In this document: positions 20,383 to 31,188 of the stretch, piece after piece
How positions within the stretch are numbered: the first letter of the stretch is position 1
Layout of the letters: every line of letters starts with the position of its first letter
DNA from: Thermodesulfobacteriota bacterium
GTDB taxonomy: Bacteria > Desulfobacterota_D > UBA1144 > Nemesobacterales > JAJCZQ01
Direction: 5' to 3'
Assembly (NCBI GenBank): GCA_965215275.1
Contig: OZ244044.1
Coordinates: 1,472,001 to 1,536,000 of the forward strand
Length of the DNA: 64,000 nucleotides
Position numbers and translations under genes: made by a program
The notes under the pieces: generated by a model
Database searches by the model: none
What the model was told of the DNA's origin: nothing
Seen by the model: only the letters and a program-made list of their open reading frames with translations

Positions 20383-21474
20383 TTACATGACTGTAATTGC
20401 CTGGGATTGCCATCCAATAAGCAGTATCCAGTCTGTTTCAAGTTGTGGTCCATTAAGGTCCTGATAAAACGGAAGACCTAACTCCAGGGCGATCCTCTGT
20501 CCTTTCAGGAACTTCGTGTTGCTCCGGTTTATAAAGTTGATGCCGATCAGTCCATCCATCCTGTTCCCACCCTGAAGATCAGGCCGGGCAGTTGGTGCAA
20601 GCATCTGGTTAAGTGCCTCATCTGCACCGTCGATCTCTTGCCATAATTTCCAGTTCAGCCGGAAAGAACCGCTCAGCCAGTAATTAAAGTCGTATGCTGA
20701 CCACGTGGTCAGGTCCAGCCTGTTCCCCAGCTTATAATTACGGTCATTTTCGTTCAGCCTGATAGTTGCTTTTGCCTGTCCTCCCAGGTTCAGGTTCTCC
20801 CATCTCTGATAGTAGGTTATCCCCGGCGTTATATCCCAGGTGCCGGAACCAAGCTGCATAGGGTATGGAAGCTGTGTTCTGTTTGGTCCCGTTGGCGTCG
20901 GAACCGTGTCTTTTTTATCGATTGATCCCGTTGGAAAGCTCATTCCAAAGTTCAGGATAAGGCTTCTTTTACTGCCTTGATCAGTGATCCTGTATAAACC
21001 CTCGAACCTGATATCTCCGATCCCTTCGGAACTGGTTTTAAACTGTCCACCCGTCCTGTTTTTTATATCTATTGATTTTTTCACGTAGGGAACTGAACCC
21101 ATGAGCGTTAACTTATCAGTTAATCCTAACATACCGCCGAACATGTGCATCTGCTCTTTCATCTTGATTGGCGTTGCCATAAAATCTGCAAGTACCTGTT
21201 CATCGGTTATCCCGTCCGTCCCGTTCCTCATTCCTTCCATTGCCATAAACATGTAGCGATAGGAGAACATTAATTCACCTGTCTCGTGCGTGTGTTCTCC
21301 CATTACTCCGATCGGTCCATGGTCGCCTGCCTTAAGTCCGTCTTCAGATCCGGTCCTTGCATCTGCAGATAAGACGGATATTGATGTTATTATTATGATC
21401 AGTGCTGCCGCTGTCAGCAGGTTCTGGAGCACCTTCAGATCTTTACAGGGATAGATGGACCGGGATCTGATCAT
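20383..21474 (-). CDS. Probable outer-membrane beta-barrel transporter-family protein with His/Met-rich N-terminus
   Basis: Signal peptide, DHGPIGVMGEHTH, GIGDI, FPTGSI, YPMQLGSGTWD, alternating aromatic strands. Confidence 0.65.
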   Translation of the reverse strand: MIRSRSIYPCKDLKVLQNLLTAAALIIIITSISVLSADARTGSEDGLKAGDHGPIGVMGEHTHETGELMFSYRYMFMAMEGMRNGTDGITDEQVLADFMATPIKMKEQMHMFGGMLGLTDKLTLMGSVPYVKKSIDIKNRTGGQFKTSSEGIGDIRFEGLYRITDQGSKRSLILNFGMSFPTGSIDKKDTVPTPTGPNRTQLPYPMQLGSGTWDITPGITYYQRWENLNLGGQAKATIRLNENDRNYKLGNRLDLTTWSAYDFNYWLSGSFRLNWKLWQEIDGADEALNQMLAPTARPDLQGGNRMDGLIGINFINRSNTKFLKGQRIALELGLPFYQDLNGPQLETDWILLIGWQSQAITVM

Positions 21475-21544
21475 AGAACTTTCCGGAACGTAACGTCCTT
21501 GTTCCTTATGTTTTTCAAAAGCAGACGTGAACTGTTTACAGGGT

Positions 21545-22297
21545 CTATGTTTTTGTTGTTTTTGTTTTGCAGCGTGCTTTCAGTGATTCTATAAAATTTT
21601 TCTGAACGATCTTGCTTGCCCTTCTGATCGGTTCTAAAACCATACTTTCGTATGCTTCAAGAGCGGTCTTTTCAAGTTTACTGTCCCCTGTTTTTCTGGC
21701 AAGCCGGAGCATGGCGATAGAGTTATGAAAAACCGCCTTGAAAAGGTTTTTGCGAGCTTTATCAAGATCAAGGTCCTCAAGGTTCTTCTGTGCTTCGAGC
21801 GTTGCATTAAATCCCACTCCGCAGAAAAGGGTAATGAACTTTTTTGCCTCTTTTTCCGACATACCTTCCATTAAATAGACAAGCGGGGCTTCCACCACGG
21901 ATTCAAGTTCGTTCTTGCTGCCGGACAGGATCTGTGCCAACTGTTTGATCTTGCCGTCGTCCGAATCGGACAGTATATCTCCAAGTGCGTTCTGCACGTG
22001 CATGAGTGCGAAACTGTCCTTTATCTCGTTAAGGCCAAGACCTTCCGACCTCAGTGCCTTTACCTGAACCAGTTTTTCGATCGTTCTTTCAGGATAGTAC
22101 TCTGTGACGTCTTTTGTACCGGTCTTTGCCTTTTTTATTTTAGGCCTGGGAATCAGTTCAAGCTTTGCATAATTACGTATTATGCGTTCTGGGCTTTTTC
22201 CAAGGTCGATCTTTCTCTCTCTGGACCTCTCTATGAGTTCTTCTATTGTAAGATATTTCACGCGGAAAATGTTACGCTCAAAAAGGGGATATTGCAA
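21545..22297 (-). CDS. MerR-type HTH domain protein
   Basis: TIEEL...RIIRNYAKLELIPRP...YYPERTIEKLVQVKALRSEGLGLNEIK; start may be GTG 22261. Confidence 0.65.
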   Translation of the reverse strand: MQYPLFERNIFRVKYLTIEELIERSRERKIDLGKSPERIIRNYAKLELIPRPKIKKAKTGTKDVTEYYPERTIEKLVQVKALRSEGLGLNEIKDSFALMHVQNALGDILSDSDDGKIKQLAQILSGSKNELESVVEAPLVYLMEGMSEKEAKKFITLFCGVGFNATLEAQKNLEDLDLDKARKNLFKAVFHNSIAMLRLARKTGDSKLEKTALEAYESMVLEPIRRASKIVQKNFIESLKARCKTKTTKT

Positions 22298-22437
22298 CCC
22301 CTTACCCGTATATCTCTTATAATGCGTGGTCTTAACGCCTGTATTTTTTGGGAATTATATATTTAACCAAACAGAAATAAAATATGGACCTTGTATCTTT
22401 ATAGCTGTTAACCTGTTATGAGATATTATTCATCCAC

Positions 22438-22467
22438 TTGACATTCGTTCAGGGTACAAAGTAAAAT
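22438..22467 (+). promoter_or_regulatory. Sigma70-type promoter of copy 3
   Basis: TTGACA-18nt-TAAAAT; ATG 9 nt downstream at 22477. Confidence 0.75.
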
Positions 22468-22476
22468 AACAAAGCT

Positions 22477-24195
22477 ATGAACATCTCATTTAGAATAATA
22501 CCCCCCCCATATAAGTCATTAATATCCTTTCTCCTTCTTCTGTGCCTTGTGTCCATTGAGGCATATGGACAGATCAATAACTGTGACACCAGTACTACCG
22601 GTTTCAATGATCCCTTATACGGCTGTCAGTGGCATCTGAAAAACACGGGACAGCTTGGGGCTGTAACTGCCTCTGGAGAAGATATAAACGTAGAAGGGGT
22701 CTGGGACGATAACAGGTTCGGTGCCGGAATTAACGTGGCGGTGGTGGATGACGGTATGCAGACGGGTCATGAGGACCTTTCTGATAATGTAAATAACAGC
22801 CTTAACCATGATTATTCAGGAGGCAGTGACGTATACGACCCTTCAAAAGCTCGCGGAACGCGTGTATCGGGAGTTATAGCAGCAGCGGGAGATAACGGTA
22901 TTGGAGCAAGAGGAGCGGCACCACGGGCAGGCATCTACAGTTATAACCTGGCCGGTAATTTAAACAGCGCTAACGCAAAGGACGCCATGACCCGTAACAG
23001 AGATACAACGGCTGTATCCGTCAACAACTGGGGACCGAATGACCTGCCTCTTCTCAGGGAGGCTTCATCAGAGTGGGAAGAGGGAGTGGAGACGGGTATA
23101 AGTGAAGGGTTTGGTGGTAAGGGGGTATTTTATGTATGGGCGGCCGGGGACGGAGATAAAAGGGCAGATCAGGCTAATTTTGATGAGTATTCCAACTACT
23201 ACGCAGTAACCACCGTATGTTCGGTGGATGGAGAAGGAAACAAGAGCTCTTTTTCAGAGGAGGGAGTAAATCTGTGGGTATGTGCTCCAGGTGAAGATAT
23301 TACAACTACTGACAATAACGATGGATATATTTTTGATGCGAGTGGAACGGCATATTCAGCAGCGCAGGTTGCAGGTGTGGCGGCACTGATGAGAGAGGTA
23401 AACGGAGACCTTGGCTGGAGGGACATAAAGCTTATACTTGCAGCTTCAGCCCGTAAGAACGACGGTTCCGACACGAACTGGGAGACGGGAGCACGGAAAT
23501 ACGGTTCTGATACAGAGAGTTATAATTACAATCCTAGGTACGGTTTCGGCGTGGCAGATGCCGACGCGGCAGTAAAGCTTGCTGAAAGCTGGACTAACGT
23601 TCCAGGGATGAGAACTCAGACCGTTTCCTCGGGAACTGTTGATATGGAAATCCCCATCCACAGCAATGGAGCAGACGGAGAAGTTACTGCCAGACTGACC
23701 ATACCGGATAATGAGTTTTTTACAGAATTTGTAGAGATAGAACTTGATTCCACTTACGGTTACTTTCCAAGTTTAGCTATACAGATAGCGTCCCCTGACG
23801 GTACTGTGTCTGAACTTACCGAGGAGTATTATGCAGGAGCTTTCTCAATTATAAATACCACTCCACTCACTGCAAGCGACTTTATTTACACCGACAGAAC
23901 TCATCGTTTTGGTTCAGCCAGACACCTTGGAGAAGACCCTGCCGGAGAATGGACCTTGAAGATAACTAACACTGATCTGTTTTCTTCAGGCACAGCAACT
24001 TTACACTCGTGGAGCATTAAAGTCTATGGTCACAGTAAGGAAGATACAGTTAGTGATACGTTTGGAGGAGGATGTGTGCTCTCAGATCAGAACGAAGCTG
24101 TTTCTGATCTGCTCACAGCAGTGGCATCTCTGATGCTTATACCCTTATCAGCAGCGATCAGAAAGAAGGTAAGGTCTCATATAAACACCTGGTAA
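22477..24195 (+). CDS. S8-like pseudoprotease copy 3 (minimal form: signal, S8, P domain, GGGC-TM tail); in frame
   Basis: VAVVDDG, RGTRVSG (His->Arg), AAGDG (oxyanion Asn->Asp), SGTAYSAA (Ser->Ala); C8 at 22501-22508. Confidence 0.85.
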   Translation: MNISFRIIPPPYKSLISFLLLLCLVSIEAYGQINNCDTSTTGFNDPLYGCQWHLKNTGQLGAVTASGEDINVEGVWDDNRFGAGINVAVVDDGMQTGHEDLSDNVNNSLNHDYSGGSDVYDPSKARGTRVSGVIAAAGDNGIGARGAAPRAGIYSYNLAGNLNSANAKDAMTRNRDTTAVSVNNWGPNDLPLLREASSEWEEGVETGISEGFGGKGVFYVWAAGDGDKRADQANFDEYSNYYAVTTVCSVDGEGNKSSFSEEGVNLWVCAPGEDITTTDNNDGYIFDASGTAYSAAQVAGVAALMREVNGDLGWRDIKLILAASARKNDGSDTNWETGARKYGSDTESYNYNPRYGFGVADADAAVKLAESWTNVPGMRTQTVSSGTVDMEIPIHSNGADGEVTARLTIPDNEFFTEFVEIELDSTYGYFPSLAIQIASPDGTVSELTEEYYAGAFSIINTTPLTASDFIYTDRTHRFGSARHLGEDPAGEWTLKITNTDLFSSGTATLHSWSIKVYGHSKEDTVSDTFGGGCVLSDQNEAVSDLLTAVASLMLIPLSAAIRKKVRSHINTW

Positions 24196-24495
24196 TTCAC
24201 TTCTTTCCAGGACACTTAATTAACTGAGATCTTTCCCGTCAGATATAACGTTGTTAAGAACATCGTCTTTGTTCATTCAGCATGGCCGTCTGTATAATTT
24301 CTTTTGGGAACTATAATAGGAAAGTTGACAAAAATGAGGGTTACCCTGAACGGTTGACAGGCTGTATTTTACCTTTATTATTATCAGTGGGAACTGAATA
24401 CCGTCAATTACAGTGAACGGGATAAAAAAGAGAATGATCCCCTGCGTCCTGAATATCATTGTCATTGCAGGAAAGGAAAGAGAAAGAAATTATAC

Positions 24496-24525
24496 TTGAC
24501 ATTCGTTCATAATACGAAGTAAAAT
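24496..24525 (+). promoter_or_regulatory. Sigma70-type promoter of copy 4
   Basis: TTGACA-18nt-TAAAAT; ATG 9 nt downstream at 24535. Confidence 0.75.
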
Positions 24526-24644
24526 ATCAGTGTTATGAAAAATTTCATGAAAAATTCAAACATAAAAACAAAAACACGTAGTTCCATTACCCCCCCCCGT
24601 GTATACCTGACCTTTCAGCCTGGTATAAGTGTTTTTTAAGAACA

Positions 24645-27600
24645 ATGTTTAAGATAATACCCCCCCCATCTAAGTCATTACTAACTTTAGTCTTTATTCT
24701 TCTGTGTATAATGGTAATAGCTGCAAAAGGGCAGAGCAGCCTGGAAGAAACATTATCTGAATGCAGAGGTAACAGTGCAGACGTGGAAGATCCGTTATAC
24801 GGATGTCAGTGGCATCTGAAGAACACGGGGCAGTTTATTTATTCAGGAAAGAGAATAACATCAGGAGAAGATATAAACGTAGAGGGAGTGTGGAACGAAG
24901 ACGTATACGGTTCTGGAATTAACGTAGCAATAGTAAGTGACGGTATCGACCTTTCACATGAGGACCTTTCTGCAAACGTCCGTTCCGGACTGAACTATGA
25001 TCTGTCTGACAGTTCATCTTTTAGTGGGACACGAGCGGCAGGAGTTATTGCAGCAACTGGATATAACGGACTGGGAGTAAGAGGAACAGCACCGGGTGCG
25101 AGTATATACAGTTACAGGTTATCCGGTGATCTCAGTGAAGCGGACGCGGTGGTCCGTAATAAGGAAATAACCGCAGTATCGGTTAACGGCCGGGGATCTG
25201 AGGACGGAGCTTTTTTTCAGGAGGCTTCATCTTCCTGGGAAGAAGGAGTGGAACTTGGAATAAGTAAAGGGTTTTATGGAAAAGGTGTGTTTTACGTCCG
25301 GGGAGCAGGGGACGGGCATGAAAGCGGAGATCAGGCTAATTTTAATGAATATTCCAGCTATTACGGAGTAACAGCCGTTTGTTCAACTGACGGTTATGGA
25401 AAAAAGAGTATTTTTTCAGAAGAGGGAGTAAATCTATGGGTATGTGCACCTGGTTCTGATATTGTAACCACAGATAACAACAACGATTACGTTGTAACTT
25501 CCGGAACATTTCTATCAGCTTCACAGGTCGGAGGAGTGGCAGCACTGCTGAGAGAGATAAACGGAGATCTGAGCTGGAGGGATATAAAGCTTATACTTGC
25601 GGGTTCAGCACGGCAGAACGATATTTTTGACCTTAGCTGGGAGACTGGAGCGGTAAAATACGGTTCTGACGTGGAAAGATATAATTATAATCCTAAGTAT
25701 GGTTTTGGCGTGGTAGACGCAGAAGCAGCTGCAGAACTTGCAGGAAGCTGGAAAGGCGTTGGAGAAATGAGGACCGTTACCGCCTTTTCAGATAATGAGA
25801 TAACAATTCCTTATGGAGAAGGAAATGGAGAAGGAGAGGCAGACGGGGTACTTGTCTCCAGACTTATGATCCCGGACGTGGAGGAAATATTTACGGAATT
25901 CGTTGAAGTTGAACTTGTTCTCTCGTGTGACTGCTTACAGGACCTCAATATAAAGCTAACCTCTCCTTCCGGGACAGTGTCTGAACTTGTAAGGGAGTTT
26001 TCAGGGGAGGAAGAAGACGCTGATATCAGTTACCTGAGAAGAACACATCGTTTCGGGTCGGCAAGACACCTCGGAGAAGACCCTGCCGGAGAATGGAACC
26101 TTAAAATATCCGATACTGCTTCCGGAGATGAAGAAGATACAGAAAACACTGTTACCTTACACTCATGGAGCATTAAGGTATACGGGCATGTTTTTTTACA
26201 GGATTTTGGCAAGGAGATCATTACCAAGGCTTTCAGCTTGGGAAGTATCTCTAATAAAACTTACAGAGAAGGAGTTCAGATAACACCATTAGTGCTGCCT
26301 GAGGCAACTGGAACTAATCTGTCAATTACTTACAGTTTAAGTCCTGCCCCACCTGCCGGATTGACCTTTGACAAAACCACCCGAACGATAAGCGGAACAC
26401 CAACTGCTGTAGGCAGGACAAGGCATAATTATAGGGCAAGCATTCCTGGCCAACAACTCAATAGAAACTTTCATATCACGGTAGAAAATAACCCACCCAC
26501 CTTCGGCAGTGAGACTATCCCAAAGAAGAGATATATTCAAGGGACAAATGTAGGTCTTCCAGTAACGCTGCCTGCTGCTACCGGAGGAAATGGAACTTTA
26601 AATTACAGTTTAACCCCTTCATTACCAACTGGATTGGAATTTAATCCTGCTACCCGAGTGATAAGTGGAACTCCAACTGATATTATACAAACTCCTGGTC
26701 GACTTTATACATATAAGGTAACGGACAGTGATGGAGATATAGATAGTTTGAGTTTCCGTATTGAAATATTCAGGGACCAAACGCCAACTTTTAGTGGTGT
26801 GATGGTAGATGATCAGGTGTATACAGCAGGGGTTCAGATAACACCATTAGAGCTGCCTAGGTCAATATTAGGGAATAGCCCATCACACAGTATTACTCCT
26901 GAATTACCTGATGGATTGATTATTGAGACAGAGACGGGCGGTGACGGTGGAATGAGAAGAATAATCATCATACGCGGAACACCAACTACAGCAATGCCTG
27001 AGACTGAGTATACATGGAGAGTAAGAGACACAGATGGAGATACGGACGAGTTAACGTTCAGTATTACTGTATTAGCAGAACCAAACACAGAACCAACCTT
27101 CGGCAGTGAAACTATAGATAACAAGGTGTATATAAACGGAGAGGCAGTAATGGAAACACTGCCTGAAGCAACGTCAGGGAATGCACCATTAACTTACAGT
27201 TTAACTAATATTGGTTCAACTGCTTTGACTTTAGCCGTGGACTTTGATAAGAACACCAGAGTGTTAAGTGGAACACCCAATGTTAATGTACACCTACTTC
27301 CTATAACTCGTGCATATACATATAAAGTAACAGACAATGATGGAGATACAGCAGAGATAACGTTCAGTATAACAATAGAAGAAGACAGCGAGCCGGACTT
27401 CAGCGTGACGACGATAGAAGATCAGGTGTACATGGGGAGATCAATAAGGTTGCCGGTAGCAACGGGAGGGAATGCACCGTTAGTATACAGTATAACGCCT
27501 CCCTTACCTCCTGGGTTGAGATTGGACAGAGACACAGGGGTAATAAGCGGGACGCCCGCGAGTGCGTCGTCTGAGAGGACCTACACGTACACGGTAATGG

Positions 27601-27842
27601 ACAGGGACGGAGACATTAAAGAGTTGACCTTCAGGTTCAGTGCAGAGGTTCCTTCTACTCCAGGACCAGGACCAACAAGAACGTCAGGTAGTGATCCAGG
27701 CGGAGGTGGAGGAGGATGTGCCGTCTCGGATCAGAGCAGCGCCGTTTCTGATATTCCTGGAGTAATGGCATGTCTGATACTTATACCCGTGTCGGTATTG
27801 ATCAGAAGGAAGGGAAGAGCTCGGATAAGGACCTGGCAATGA
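24645..27842 (+). CDS. S8-like pseudoprotease copy 4 with five Ig-like repeats and GGGGC-TM tail; probable true start 24535 is out of frame at the C9 tract
   Basis: VAIVSDG (Asp->Ser), SGTRAAG (His->Ser), SGTFLSAS (Ser->Phe); C9 at 24590-24598, C8 at 24660-24667. Confidence 0.85.
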   Translation: MFKIIPPPSKSLLTLVFILLCIMVIAAKGQSSLEETLSECRGNSADVEDPLYGCQWHLKNTGQFIYSGKRITSGEDINVEGVWNEDVYGSGINVAIVSDGIDLSHEDLSANVRSGLNYDLSDSSSFSGTRAAGVIAATGYNGLGVRGTAPGASIYSYRLSGDLSEADAVVRNKEITAVSVNGRGSEDGAFFQEASSSWEEGVELGISKGFYGKGVFYVRGAGDGHESGDQANFNEYSSYYGVTAVCSTDGYGKKSIFSEEGVNLWVCAPGSDIVTTDNNNDYVVTSGTFLSASQVGGVAALLREINGDLSWRDIKLILAGSARQNDIFDLSWETGAVKYGSDVERYNYNPKYGFGVVDAEAAAELAGSWKGVGEMRTVTAFSDNEITIPYGEGNGEGEADGVLVSRLMIPDVEEIFTEFVEVELVLSCDCLQDLNIKLTSPSGTVSELVREFSGEEEDADISYLRRTHRFGSARHLGEDPAGEWNLKISDTASGDEEDTENTVTLHSWSIKVYGHVFLQDFGKEIITKAFSLGSISNKTYREGVQITPLVLPEATGTNLSITYSLSPAPPAGLTFDKTTRTISGTPTAVGRTRHNYRASIPGQQLNRNFHITVENNPPTFGSETIPKKRYIQGTNVGLPVTLPAATGGNGTLNYSLTPSLPTGLEFNPATRVISGTPTDIIQTPGRLYTYKVTDSDGDIDSLSFRIEIFRDQTPTFSGVMVDDQVYTAGVQITPLELPRSILGNSPSHSITPELPDGLIIETETGGDGGMRRIIIIRGTPTTAMPETEYTWRVRDTDGDTDELTFSITVLAEPNTEPTFGSETIDNKVYINGEAVMETLPEATSGNAPLTYSLTNIGSTALTLAVDFDKNTRVLSGTPNVNVHLLPITRAYTYKVTDNDGDTAEITFSITIEEDSEPDFSVTTIEDQVYMGRSIRLPVATGGNAPLVYSITPPLPPGLRLDRDTGVISGTPASASSERTYTYTVMDRDGDIKELTFRFSAEVPSTPGPGPTRTSGSDPGGGGGGCAVSDQSSAVSDIPGVMACLILIPVSVLIRRKGRARIRTWQ

Positions 27843-27844
27843 GT

Positions 27845-28480
27845 TCCTTTCAGGGACGTTCATGAGAGAGGACCGCGTAATGGTCCTCCCATGTACCCGT
27901 CCGCTTAAGGTAAAGGCAGCGTTACCGCGCACTGGACCGTCCCTGTATTCTGATGAGACGACGGGAGAAGCAGAGGAAGGCATCAGCACGGGTGATCTTC
28001 CGGACGTTCCGTTTACTGAGGTATACCGTTCCCCGTTATAATCCCGTTGTCAGCGTTCCCGGCAGGATACCTTTACAGGGAAAGGGAGCAGGTAGATATA
28101 AAGGCAGGTACACGTCCGGGGATTAGTCCTGAAGGTCTGAAAAGGTTCCGTATCGTGTAATTTCAGCCACGGGGAGGCGTTCACGGTTCCTGGAACGGGA
28201 GGACTTCAACGTCATGGACACGCGGACTTGCCGCTTCGGGGAAAGCGGGGACCCTGACCGAAGAAGGCAGGGAAGTGATCAGGGTTATACTGACCATGCC
28301 GACCGGTCTGAGACAGATAAGGATAAGGTCAGTAAAGGAAAAATAAAAGGTAAACCTCGGGTGAAACCTGCCGCCGCTGATCATAAAGGAAAAACAACGG
28401 GCAATGGATAGATCATCAAGGATGTTTTTAAAAACGGGATAAATCCCGCATAAACGACCTGAAAAAAACAACTAAATAAG
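27845..28480 (-). pseudogene. Possible heavily decayed IS1595 transposase remnant
   Basis: Weak by-eye similarities: VFKNILDDLSIARCF vs FFKMFPDEGLARKCF; EYRDGPVRGN vs EYIREQAHTN; frameshifted LKR/GYMG vs LKRGYTG; lies just inside the right TIR. Confidence 0.3.
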
Positions 28481-28636
28481 AACTGAACAAAAGGTTTAAA
28501 TTGGCAGCAGGTCCTAAAGGAGATCATTTTATAAAAGAAGTTAATGATCAAAGAAAATTATGGGACCTGTCAACTTTCCTTTATAGTTCCCTTTCTTTTT
28601 TGATTTTTCTTTATGGTGTGTTCATAATTATCCGAT

Positions 28637-29395
28637 ATGGCTATGTCCACGCTTATCGTTTATGAACCTCTGGATAGTTTTGGAGAGCAAAGTGAGTACT
28701 GGCTTGAATATTCCAGGTTTTACGAGACGTACTGGTGCGGTCCGACCTCTCCTTTCGGGGTATGGTTCGGCAATGAGTATAAGAATTTCAGAGAATCCCT
28801 GTCCAGGCACATGAACCTTGATGATGCTGATATAAAGGACTGCTTCTTTCTGAAGAAGGGAGAGAAAGGTAAAAAGGAGTATTTTATTGCTCCGCTTAAT
28901 AACTCTGAAAACGTTTTTTCATCTGATAATTCGATCCCGCATGAATGGTTTGCAATGTTTGATAAATGTCAGAGAAAGAACTTTTATACCCACTGGGGGT
29001 TCAATACGATCCACTATGAAGGGTCTCTCCATGATGCCAGGGAAAAGCTCAGGGAAAAAAGAGAAATTATCAAGGATGTATCCTCCTCAGGGATGGATAT
29101 TCCGTTCGCCGGATACCTGGATTATTTAAGTGGAGGGATCGATAATATAATAAGCTGGCTTGACGGGTTTAAAATGGGCGGTTTTGTCATTTTGAACTAC
29201 GGAGAGATATGCACGCATATTCATATTTCCACTTTGCACAATGAGAACAGCGTTGAAGAGATATCCAGCTTTTTGAAACTGCTGAAGGAGAGAAAGGTAG
29301 AGGAAGCGGATTCGGTCTTAAGATTATTTTTTAAGAAGTGGGAAGACATAACGCTTAAGTGTAAAGGTGGAGCGGACAGCGGCCTGTTGCAGTAG
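28637..29395 (+). CDS. Hypothetical protein
   Basis: 252-aa ORF with typical composition; no motif recognised. Confidence 0.7.
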   Translation: MAMSTLIVYEPLDSFGEQSEYWLEYSRFYETYWCGPTSPFGVWFGNEYKNFRESLSRHMNLDDADIKDCFFLKKGEKGKKEYFIAPLNNSENVFSSDNSIPHEWFAMFDKCQRKNFYTHWGFNTIHYEGSLHDAREKLREKREIIKDVSSSGMDIPFAGYLDYLSGGIDNIISWLDGFKMGGFVILNYGEICTHIHISTLHNENSVEEISSFLKLLKERKVEEADSVLRLFFKKWEDITLKCKGGADSGLLQ

Positions 29396-29573
29396 GTGCC
29401 GAAACGGAACTGCGGTGTTCTGATCCCGTGCTGTGCCTGGTCCTGTATGAGGACTTCGTTACCGGCTGTTCCCTGAACGACCCCAGCCTGTAGAGCGGCT
29501 TTTTAAAATTACGGTCTTTTGCAGCAGTCTGGTATTTATACGGTTCTTTCAGGACCATCTTTTATAATACTTT

Positions 29574-30245
29574 ATGAGATCACAGAAGTTTGACGACGGA
29601 AGTATTGATAAGGTTTTAAGTATTCTGAACAAAGAGGTCAGAAAATGGGACGTTCCCGTTATCAATCTTGTAGCTGCTTCCACGGGAGACCCTTTTAAAG
29701 TACTGATATCCACGCTTCTCAGCTTAAGAACGAAAGATGAAACGACTGCCGCGGCTTCAAGAAAACTCTTTAAACGGGCGTCTACTCCGGAAGAGATATT
29801 AAAGCTGGGGGAAGAGAAATTAGCCAGGCTTATTTATCCGGTCGGTTTTTACAACGTGAAGGCAAGAAGGATAATGGATATTTCCAGGAAACTGATAGAA
29901 GAATACGGTTCGGTCGTGCCAGACGACCTTGATGAACTTTTGAAATTTAACGGGGTTGGAAGAAAGACCGCCAATCTTGTTATTACCTCTGGATTTAACA
30001 AGCCCGGGGTCTGTGTTGATATACACGTTCACAGAATATCGAACAGACTTGGATATATAAAGACCAAAAACCCCGAGCAGACCGAATCGGAACTCAGAAA
30101 AAAGCTGCCCAGGGAGCACTGGATCGATTATAACTATTTGCTTGTTTCCTTCGGACAGCATCTGTGCAGACCGGTATCACCTTTCTGCAGCACATGTCCG
30201 GTAGAGCGTTACTGTATGCGAGTGGGCGTTAAGAGGAGCAGATAG
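29574..30245 (+). CDS. nth: Endonuclease III
   Basis: LLSLRTKD, Hh[18 protein letters not shown], 4Fe-4S CxxxxxxCxxCxxxxxC. Confidence 0.93.
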   Translation: MRSQKFDDGSIDKVLSILNKEVRKWDVPVINLVAASTGDPFKVLISTLLSLRTKDETTAAASRKLFKRASTPEEILKLGEEKLARLIYPVGFYNVKARRIMDISRKLIEEYGSVVPDDLDELLKFNGVGRKTANLVITSGFNKPGVCVDIHVHRISNRLGYIKTKNPEQTESELRKKLPREHWIDYNYLLVSFGQHLCRPVSPFCSTCPVERYCMRVGVKRSR

Positions 30246-30367
30246 CAATTATTTGACTATACTCACACAATAAATATAATCACATTACTGATGTAAGGTC
30301 AGCAGCGTCGCAGCGGTCTTGGTGAAACGGTACATAGCTTGTTGATACAAATGTCGCGGAGTGAATT

Positions 30368-30871
30368 TTGGCAGAAGGTTTATTCTTTTATATATTTGCA
30401 GCACTGACGGTAATAGGGTCCGTAGTGGTTGTAATGCATAAAAATCCGGTCGCCAGTGCGATCGCCATGGTGTTGACATTTTTCTTTACCGCAGCTCTTT
30501 TTATTCTTTTAAGGGCCCAGTTCATAGCCGTAATTCAGGTGCTTGTATACGCCGGCGCAATAATAGTTCTTTTCCTGTTCACCGTGATGTTCCTGAACAT
30601 TAAAGAGAAATCCCTTCAGTTTGACGCTGGCGGTATTGCGAAAAAGATCACGTTTTTGAGCTTAATAATGGTCGTTGTGGGATATTTCGCGTCCAGGCTC
30701 ATTACTGACACGGTTACGGTATCAGAAGCTTCAGAGGGTTTCGGGACCGCAGAAAGTGTTGGAAATATACTGTTTACGGATTACCTGCTTCCATTTGAAC
30801 TGACCTCACTGCTGATAATAGCTGCCATTATAGGGGTCGTATCAATTGCCAGGAGCAGTAAAGATCTATAA
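30368..30871 (+). CDS. nuoJ: NADH-quinone oxidoreductase subunit J
   Basis: NPVASA, QVLVYAGAIIVLFLF and YLLPFELTS motifs. Confidence 0.95.
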   Translation: MAEGLFFYIFAALTVIGSVVVVMHKNPVASAIAMVLTFFFTAALFILLRAQFIAVIQVLVYAGAIIVLFLFTVMFLNIKEKSLQFDAGGIAKKITFLSLIMVVVGYFASRLITDTVTVSEASEGFGTAESVGNILFTDYLLPFELTSLLIIAAIIGVVSIARSSKDL

Positions 30872-31176
30872 TGGAAGTGACGCTTACTCATTATATTGTT
30901 CTTAGTGCCGTTCTGTTCGTGATAGGTGCGTACGGCGTAGTTACAAGGAGAAATCTTATCATTGTACTGATGTCCCTGGAACTGATGCTCAATGCCTGTA
31001 ATATCTCTTTTATATCCTTCTCTTACTATTTTACCGATCTGACGGGTCATGTTTTTATGATCATGGCAATAACGGTCGCAGCGGCAGAAGTTGCCCTAGG
31101 ACTTGCTTTTGTTGTTCTTATTTATAAGCACAAAGCCAGCCTGGACATTGACGTCTTAAAACTTTTAAAAGGATAG
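30871..31176 (+). CDS. nuoK: NADH-quinone oxidoreductase subunit K
   Basis: RRNLI, SLELMLNA and VAAAEVALGL motifs. Confidence 0.96.
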   Translation: MEVTLTHYIVLSAVLFVIGAYGVVTRRNLIIVLMSLELMLNACNISFISFSYYFTDLTGHVFMIMAITVAAAEVALGLAFVVLIYKHKASLDIDVLKLLKG

Positions 31177-31188
31177 AAAATATAGAAT

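Larger units (their letters stand above)
24306..28591. mobile_element. IS1595-type non-autonomous element enclosing pseudoprotease copy 4
   Basis: TIRs GGGAACTATAATAGGAAAGTTGACA (24306-24330) and TGTCAACTTTCCTTTATAGTTCCC (28568-28591), 1-nt indel; 8-bp direct repeat TTTCTTTT at 24298-24305 and 28592-28599. Confidence 0.75.

Noticed and set aside
21545..22477. MerR-like gene divergent from copy 3 as the regulator of the family
   Set aside because: No other copy has such a neighbour, and the spacers are 17-18 bp without the dyad typical of MerR targets.
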